DNA from: Terriglobia bacterium
GTDB lineage: Bacteria > Acidobacteriota > Terriglobia > JAJPHL01 > JAPKYU01
Reading direction: 5' to 3'
DNA: 64,000 bases
NCBI GenBank assembly: GCA_965206645.1
Contig: CBDBKE010000004.1
Location: 288,001 to 352,000 of the forward strand
Below, piece by piece: positions 57,630 through 64,000 of this stretch. Under the pieces are notes generated by a model. The model searched no databases. It was given only the letters and a program-made list of their open reading frames with translations, and was not told where the DNA came from. Position 1 is the stretch's first letter, and each line of letters opens with the position of its first letter. Made by a program: the position numbers and the translations under genes.

Positions 57630-58322
57630 ATGAGCCGAAACATGTTTCCAGCGCTGGCAGCCATGGGAGTTGCCCTGTTGCTTTTCGTTGCTCTCGGATG
57701 CCAATTTCTGGAGAAAAGCCCTGCGCCGTCTCCGAGCGCAGCAACCTCCAGCCAGGCTCCTGCACGTCCACCCCAGTCCGCCACGAAGCTCCTGTTTCGC
57801 GTCAAGGTCTCCGATGTCGGCTTGCAGAATAGCTCACTGGTGCAAGGTAAGGGCCCGGCTGACTTTGTAGAGGTTACGTTGTCGGGTGAGCTTTACGATC
57901 CGCCGCGCCGGTTTCAGTCTGTCAAGCGGGAGCAGGCGAAGTGGGACACGCCTCTGGACGCAGCAGCTTCTGATTTTTCTGCATTCAAAGCCGATGAGGA
58001 TGCCTGGATTCTGGAAAATTTCGTCAGTCAAGAGCGCGATCAGGTGCGTGAATTTCTCAGTAACGCGCGCATGCGTGAGCAGAACAGAAAGTCATTTGAG
58101 GGTGCTGAGTATCGAGAGGTTACGGGTCAGGCTCAACACCAAGGTTATGTCCTAGTGTTTGCGCGCGAAAGCGGAGAAACGCGCTCCTCGCCCCTGACGT
58201 TTCAGCAAACTGCGGGCGGTTGGAAGCGGACGAATGCGCTCTCTGGCGACGAGGTATTCGATATCGTGTTCACCGCCTTGTTGCGCGGAGGAGAAGTGAG
58301 CGTTACAAACGAGTCGCGTTAG
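57630..58322 (+). CDS. Hypothetical lipoprotein
   Basis: Hydrophobic signal ending ALGC, then P/S/A-rich linker. Confidence 0.6.
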   Translation: MSRNMFPALAAMGVALLLFVALGCQFLEKSPAPSPSAATSSQAPARPPQSATKLLFRVKVSDVGLQNSSLVQGKGPADFVEVTLSGELYDPPRRFQSVKREQAKWDTPLDAAASDFSAFKADEDAWILENFVSQERDQVREFLSNARMREQNRKSFEGAEYREVTGQAQHQGYVLVFARESGETRSSPLTFQQTAGGWKRTNALSGDEVFDIVFTALLRGGEVSVTNESR

Positions 58323-58338
58323 ATCCTGCTCATACGAA

Positions 58339-59208
58339 ATGTTGCTCTCGCCCCGGCAATGGTTGGTGACCTTTCTTTCCTTACTCCCTCCGGCCTTGCT
58401 CCTCCCGGGTTTACTCCTCCTGGCCCTGCTCCTTCCCGGTTCCCCGTGTCTGCGGGCAGACGACGCGCCGCGACTGCTGGTCACCGTGAGCAACCAGTAC
58501 GGCTTTCCCGTAACGGACCTGAAGGCGGAAGATTTCAAGGTGAAGCACAAAAAAACCGTACGGTCGGTGCAAACGGCCCGTTACCAAACCCATGACCTGC
58601 TGGACATGGTCTTGTTGCTAGAAACGAGCGAACTGGGAGCGCGGGTACGGGGCCAGATTCGACATGTGGCCGGTCTTTTCATCCAGGGCCTGGGCGGGAA
58701 GGATCAAATGGCGATTGTCGGTTACGCCACCGCGGCTGACCTGGTGCAGGACTTCACCTCCAGCAAGAAGCTGCTGAAACGCGCAGTGGGCAAGCTCGAG
58801 TACGGTAACCCGCCGGCCCTGCTGGACGCCATCTACGCGGTCGTGGATGGTGCCTTCGAGGATGCCGCTGGCCGCCGGGTGGTGGTGGTCATTGGCAGCG
58901 GCCTGGACAGGCGCAACCGTGTCGAGCGGAAGGAAGTGCTGCGATTGGCGCGCCGCAACGACGTTTCCATCTTCTCTATCTCCTTCGCCGGCGACTGGAA
59001 TCTGAAAAAGCTCGCCAAGCAAACGGCCGGCGACTCCCACAGCGGCAAGGAGCTGCGCCAGATCAAGCAGCTAGTCAAGAATATCCTGGAGGGGTTTCGC
59101 GGCTATTACGAGCTGGTGTTGCCCGGCCCCCCGCTGGATAGCAGCAAGCTCAAGGTGGAGGTGCCTCGCGGCGAGAAGCTGCGCATCAGCTACCGCACCG
59201 CCCGCTAA
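58339..59208 (+). CDS. VWA domain protein (acidobacterial type, degenerate MIDAS)
   Basis: PVTDLKAEDF.V, LLLETS, VQDFTS, LLDAI, LAKQTAG, YEL. Confidence 0.8.
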   Translation: MLLSPRQWLVTFLSLLPPALLLPGLLLLALLLPGSPCLRADDAPRLLVTVSNQYGFPVTDLKAEDFKVKHKKTVRSVQTARYQTHDLLDMVLLLETSELGARVRGQIRHVAGLFIQGLGGKDQMAIVGYATAADLVQDFTSSKKLLKRAVGKLEYGNPPALLDAIYAVVDGAFEDAAGRRVVVVIGSGLDRRNRVERKEVLRLARRNDVSIFSISFAGDWNLKKLAKQTAGDSHSGKELRQIKQLVKNILEGFRGYYELVLPGPPLDSSKLKVEVPRGEKLRISYRTAR

Positions 59209-59497
59209 CTTTTATTGTTTTCTCCGTCAGCCACAGAAGAGAACAGGGCCGTCACTGGCTGCCAGGCTCGCAGCGTGTGCAGATTCACTGCCGTCAAGAA
59301 GCAAGGTCCTCAAAGTTGAATCTTAAGAACGCGCCTACCGGTTCCCCACCCGGTAGTGGCCTCTCGCCATTTACGAGGAGGCTGGCCGCGTTCTTGGTTC
59401 ATGCTGCCGCACGGTCAATTGACACTTGACACTGGTATTAGAATAAACCCAAGCAGAATAAGGGCCAAGAAGCTATCCAAACACCCCGAGGTAGACC

Positions 59498-59728
59498 ATG
59501 CATGGACTATGCGTCGCTACTATTTTAACCGTGATGGCGGTTGGGCCTGCACTGGCCCAAGATCTCAAGCCCGTTTCGGCTTCCCTGGCGCATCGTATCG
59601 AGGCGTCCGGTCGCAAGACTGTAGCAGTGATTGATTTTACCGACCTGCAGGGAAACGTAACGGAGCTCGGCCGTTTTCTCGCCGAAAAACTTTCTGTTGA
59701 TTTGGTAAACGATGCGAAGAGCTTTAAG
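59498..59728 (+). pseudogene. CsgG/FlgO-like envelope protein, fragment 1
   Basis: Signal peptide, TVAVIDFTDLQGNVTELGRFLAEKLS; ends at the IS1380 target site. Confidence 0.75.
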
Positions 59729-61376
59729 CCCGGATTTCCTTTTTGAAAACGCAGCGGCAACCTTCAGCTAACCTCCAACGTCAATATTGATACTGGTTGC
59801 AGCATCAATCGGAGCGTTCGGAGGCGTAAACCCAATGGGTGAGAGCGGAAAACAGGGATTTCAGCTGTCGTTCAACCGATTTCTGCGAGTCGGGTTTCAG
59901 GGATCACGGGTGACTTCCAATGGTGGACTGATTCTGGTCCGGGAGTTGGATGAGCGTCTGGGATTCAGCGAACTCATTGACGAGCACCTGACCGATTCGC
60001 GGGCAAACAATGCTCGGTTTTCTTTCGCGGACTTGCTGCGGCAGTCGGTCTACAGTCGCCTAGCTGGATACGAGGATGTAAATGATGCCGAGCGGCTGTC
60101 GCAAGACCCGACCTTTCGGCTGATTGGTTCAGAGAAGACTTGGGAACGAGGCGCGGCGCTGACCTCCAGGTTGCAAACTTTCGAGACGGAGATGCTGGCG
60201 AAGGTGGAGAACTTCGTCGGGTTAGCCCGGATCAACCGGGAACTGATCGGAAAGGTCGAAGCCTTCCAGTGGCACTACCGAGCGGTGCTGGATATGGACT
60301 CAACCGAGATTCCGGTCTACGGGGAGCAGGAACAGAGCGCCTACAACGGACACTTCGAGTCCACTTGCTATCACCCGCTGCTTTTGTTCAATCGAGACGG
60401 CGACTGTCTGGCGGCCCAGCTGCGTCCGGGCAACGTGCACAGTGCCGAGGGTTGGGAGAAACTCCTGTTACCCGAGATTGAGCGCCAGCAAAGAATGGGA
60501 AAAGAGATTGCGTTTCGGGCGGACGCGGCCTTTGCCAAGCCGGAGGTGTACGAGGCATTGGAGGAACGGGGTGTGAAGTACGCAATTCGCATCCCGGCCA
60601 ACGATATTCTGCAGCGAGACATCGAAGAGCTACTGAAACGCCCCGTGGGAAGGCCCACCAAGAAACCGCTGGTCGAGTACAAGGGGTTCTTGTACCAGGC
60701 AGCCGGTTGGAAGACGGCTCGAAGGGTGGTGGCGAAAGTAGAGCATCATTCCGGGGAGTTGTTCCCGCGAGTGGGGTTCATTGTAACGAATCTGACGCTG
60801 CCGAATCGGGCGGTGGTGCGATTCTATAACAAGCGCGGCACCGCAGAACAGTGGATCAAGGAAGGCAAGCAGGCGGTGAAGATGACGCGGCTCAGTTGCC
60901 ACAAGTTCCGATCTAACGAGGTACGGCTTTGGCTGACGATCATCGCCTACAACCTGGGCAACCTATGGCGACGGCTAGTGCTGCCACAGAGAATCGAGAA
61001 GTGGTCCTTGACGAGCCTCCAGCAGCGGCTGATGAAAACCGGAGGACGGCTCCTAAAACACTCACGGTACTACTGGCTCCTGCTGGCCGAGGGCCATTTG
61101 ACCCGACGGCTGTTTGCCAGCATGCTGGGGCGGATCGATGGATTGGCACTCCCGTCGGGATAGCCTGGGCTACGGCACACAAGAAAACGATGCCGCTATC
61201 CCCCAGGTATGGAGAGTTGTCTGAAAAAGCTGGGTTTGGATGCTGATTGGACGGTTTTAGGGGACCCCGAAAGGGACGCTCGGAGCCGATGGTCCTCTCG
61301 GAGAAAACATTGTACTCGCTGGGACGCAGATGCGTGTATATTTTCAATCGCCGGAAGGCCAAAAAGGAAATTCCGG
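59729..61376 (+). mobile_element. IS1380-family element, copy B
   Basis: IRs CCCGGATTTCCTTTTT / AAAAAGGAAATTCCGG; target duplication TTAAG (59724-59728, 61377-61381). Confidence 0.93.
59835..61163 (+). CDS. IS1380 transposase
   Basis: Same motifs as 34872-36200 but a clearly diverged paralog. Confidence 0.95.
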   Translation: MGESGKQGFQLSFNRFLRVGFQGSRVTSNGGLILVRELDERLGFSELIDEHLTDSRANNARFSFADLLRQSVYSRLAGYEDVNDAERLSQDPTFRLIGSEKTWERGAALTSRLQTFETEMLAKVENFVGLARINRELIGKVEAFQWHYRAVLDMDSTEIPVYGEQEQSAYNGHFESTCYHPLLLFNRDGDCLAAQLRPGNVHSAEGWEKLLLPEIERQQRMGKEIAFRADAAFAKPEVYEALEERGVKYAIRIPANDILQRDIEELLKRPVGRPTKKPLVEYKGFLYQAAGWKTARRVVAKVEHHSGELFPRVGFIVTNLTLPNRAVVRFYNKRGTAEQWIKEGKQAVKMTRLSCHKFRSNEVRLWLTIIAYNLGNLWRRLVLPQRIEKWSLTSLQQRLMKTGGRLLKHSRYYWLLLAEGHLTRRLFASMLGRIDGLALPSG

Positions 61377-61381
61377 TTAAG

Positions 61382-61484
61382 GTCATTGACCGCACGCATC
61401 TGAAGGCCATTCTACATGAGCACAAGCTGGCGTCCACGGGCTTGATTGATCCGCAAACGGCCAGACAGTTGGGCCGGATCGCCG
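61382..61484 (+). pseudogene. CsgG/FlgO-like envelope protein, fragment 2
   Basis: VIDRTHLKAILHEHKLASTGLIDPQTARQLGRIA continues fragment 1 in frame after IS removal. Confidence 0.8.
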
Positions 61485-62734
61485 TGACCAGACCGATTTT
61501 TTGTACCAACCGTAGTGAGAGTTCACATCGCAGCCTGGGGCTGTGAAACTGGTTTCAGTGGCAGGGGAGGGCTATAGGCCCCCGGCGCCGGGGGCCTATA
61601 GCCGAGCGCCGAGTGCGGCCGCACCGTGTTGTATTGCACCCTCCACTGTTCAATCACCACCTGTGCCTCCTTCAACGAGTAGAAGATCTCTCCATTCAGG
61701 CATTCGTCCCGCAGCTTCCCATTGAAACTCTCGCAGTACCCGTTCTCCCAGGGACTGCCCGGTTCGATGTACAGTGTCCCGGTCCCTAGATTTGCCAACC
61801 ACTGGCGCAGTTGTTTGGCGATGAACTCGGGACCATTGTCGGATCGAATCTGTTCCGGTATCCCTCGCCACAACATCACGTCCGACAACGCCTCAATGAT
61901 TTGTTGGCTGCCCATTCTCCGCTCCACCCGGATCGCCAGGCATTCCCGCGTGTACTCATCCAGCAAGGTCAGCAGCCGCAGCGTTCTCCCCTCGTGCGTT
62001 CTGGCACTCATGAAGTCGTAGCTCCACACGTGGTTCGGTCGCTCCGGCCTCAGTCGTACACAGGAACCGTCGTTCAGCCACAGCCGTCCTCGCGGCCTTT
62101 GTTTTTGCGGCACTTTCAGCCCTTCCCGCCGCCAAATCCGCTGCACCCGGTCCTTGCCCACTTCCCAGCCCGCACTCCGCAGCAACGCTGTGATCCTCCG
62201 GTAGCCATATCGCCCGTACTTCGCTCCCAGGGCAATGATCGCTCGGGTCAGAGCATCCTCGTCCACCCGATGAATCGGCTCGTATCGTTGTGTCCCTCGC
62301 CATTGCCCCAGCAGCCGGCAGGCATGCCGTTCCGACAACCCGTGTTGCTCCCACGCACGCTCCACCGCACAACGCCGCCGCTCAGGGCTCAGAAGTTTCC
62401 CTGTGCCACATCCCGCAGCACCTGCTTCTCCAGAGAAAGCTCCGCTACCAACCGCTTCAGCCGCGTGTTTTCCTTCTCCAACTCCTTCAGCCGTTTTGCC
62501 TGCACCACCTTCAGCCCGCCGTATTCCTTCCGCCACCGGTAGTAGGTTTGGGTGTGGATTCCAGCTTCTTTGCAGGCTTGGGGCGCAGTCTTCCCGTTCC
62601 CCATCTGCACTTCTATCTGCCGTAGCACCGCTACAATCTGCTCCGGCTTGTAACTCCTTGTCGGCATGACCTCACTTCCTCCTCAAGTGGATTCTCTCTC
62701 TTTCCACTTGGTACAAAAAGTGCCGGTCAGGTCA
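61485..62734 (-). mobile_element. IS3-family element (probably IS407 group), copy 2, apparently intact
   Basis: TG...CA ends with IRs; 4-bp target duplication GCCG (61481-61484, 62735-62738). Confidence 0.95.
61523..62667 (-). CDS. IS3 transposase OrfAB (programmed -1 frameshift)
   Basis: OrfA 62667-62389; OrfB to 61523 with [27 protein letters not shown]; GGGAAAC slippery site. Confidence 0.92.
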
Positions 62735-63117
62735 GCCGGTGTGGATGCGCTGGTGACGGGGACGCTAACACCACTGGGGGATAGCGTGAGGCTTTCGGCC
62801 AAAGTGCTCGACACGGAAACAGCAACGATGATTGCAGCGTCAACTGTGAACGTCCCTAAGACTAAGGCTATTGAGGAGTTATTGTCACGAGGGATTGGGA
62901 GCCAGCAATCGGCTAATGTTGGGAGCGGGTCCACCGCGGGCGCGTCTACCAGTTCACTGCCGAAACCAACGGGAAGCCTTCCATCGTTTGAAACAGACAT
63001 CTTTCGTCTAGTTGTAACTTCTTTACGCAAGACTGCTCGCTTCTTAGAGGTGGTTATCACAGCTGAATCGAAGGGTAATGAAACAGTGCGTTTTAAGTTG
63101 GGCAGAGGCCCCAGTAT
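62735..63117 (+). pseudogene. CsgG/FlgO-like envelope protein, fragment 3
   Basis: AGVDALVTGTLTPLGDSVRLSAKVLDTETATMIAA continues fragment 2; runs into a third IS. Confidence 0.8.
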
Positions 63118-63187
63118 TGACCTGCCTGGCGATTTCCGGACCAGCTGAAGCCTGAGAGAATGGCGCCCTCGGAGAAACGAGGGAGCC

Positions 63188-63451
63188 ATGAAGAAGACCC
63201 GGTTTACCGAAGAGCAGATGGTGACGATCCTCCGCGAGGCCGATCAGCGGCCCGTTCCGGAGGTGGCCAAAAAGAACGGCGTCAGCGCCCAGACGCTCTA
63301 CGCCTGGCGGAAACACTTCGGCACGTTGGAGCCCGCCGATGTGAAGCGGCTGCGGCAGCTCGAGCAGGAGAACGGCCGGCTGAAAAAGATGGTGGCCGAT
63401 CGAGATCTGGAGATCGACGTGCTCAAGGAGATCACCCGAAAAAAATGGTAG
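63188..63451 (+). CDS. IS3 transposase OrfA
   Basis: MKKTRFTEEQMV.IL.E, TLYAWR, RLRQLEQENGRLKK, RKKW*. Confidence 0.92.
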   Translation: MKKTRFTEEQMVTILREADQRPVPEVAKKNGVSAQTLYAWRKHFGTLEPADVKRLRQLEQENGRLKKMVADRDLEIDVLKEITRKKW

Positions 63452-64000
63452 GCGCACGCGTGCGCCGGCCGCAGGTCGCGTATGCACGTGCACGCGGTCT
63501 GTCGGGTCGCCGCGCGTGCGCCTTGCTCTCCGTCGCACGGTCCACGCTGGGCTACCAGTCGCGGCTGGTCGACCGGGATGCCCCGGCGCTGGCCGCGATG
63601 CGTCGTCTGGCGGCGCAGTATCCGCGGTACGGCTATCGCCGGATTCGGATTTTCCTAAAACGCGAAGGGCACACGATGAGCACGGACCGGACCCATCGCC
63701 TCTGGCGCCAGGCGGGGTTGCAGGTGCCTCGGCGGCGGCCGCGGCGCCGGGTCGCCCTGAGCCGGCCCCGCCCGGTGCCCGCCACTGCGGTCAATCACGT
63801 CTGGGCGTACGACTTCGTGTTCGACACCTGCGCGAATGGGCAGACGCTCAAGTGCCTCACCGTCGTCGACGAATGGACCCGCGAGTCACTCGCGATCGAC
63901 GTGGCCGGCGGCATTCGGTCCGGGCGCGTTATCGAGGTGCTCACGCAGCTCGTGAGCGTCCACGGAGCCCCACGTTACCTCCGGTCCGACAACGGCCCCG
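63445..64000 (+). CDS. IS3 transposase OrfB (partial)
   Basis: -1 frame: SGRRACALL, YPRYGYRRI, VWAYDFV, LTVVDEWTRE, LRSDNGP. Confidence 0.9.
   Translation, partial: MVGARVRRPQVAYARARGLSGRRACALLSVARSTLGYQSRLVDRDAPALAAMRRLAAQYPRYGYRRIRIFLKREGHTMSTDRTHRLWRQAGLQVPRRRPRRRVALSRPRPVPATAVNHVWAYDFVFDTCANGQTLKCLTVVDEWTRESLAIDVAGGIRSGRVIEVLTQLVSVHGAPRYLRSDNGP

Larger units (their letters stand above)
63118..64000 (+). mobile_element. IS3-family element (different from copies 1/2), truncated by window end
   Basis: Starts TGACCTGCC; orfA and orfB joined by an A7 run. Confidence 0.88.

Noticed and set aside
29865-62734. Composite transposon bounded by the two near-identical IS3 copies
   Set aside because: Copy 2 has its own target duplication inside a single gene, and the outer flanks do not match

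Overview
A GC-rich bacterial chromosome segment, probably Acidobacteriota (two acidobacterial-type VWA genes, an hrcA-grpE-dnaJ operon without dnaK, planctomycete-type DUF1553/DUF1501 genes); the taxonomy is inferred. Contents: 2-oxoacid:ferredoxin oxidoreductase, an elb-like (ether-lipid-type) cluster with a split reductase/acyltransferase, an F420 operon (npdG-cofD-cofC-cofE), TPR proteins, dcd, a DksA/TraR-like gene, a PP2C/STAS pair, thiamine salvage (tenA-tenA-thiD), a heat-shock operon with CIRCE, glycosyltransferases, an aminotransferase/FAD-FeS oxidoreductase/transporter operon, pfk, mutY, five IS elements (2 IS1380, 3 IS3), one IS1380 relic and at least six broken host genes. The most striking unexplained signal is a ~740-nt non-coding segment (1464->723, minus strand) with its own sigma70-like promoter, a 5'/3' terminal helix and about ten GNRA-capped, G.U-rich hairpins: a candidate large structured ncRNA I cannot assign to a known family. 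Also notable are an in-frame 610-bp intragenic inversion in a pentapeptide-repeat gene and one gene hit by three separate IS insertions. All calls come from manual reading; no database searches were run.
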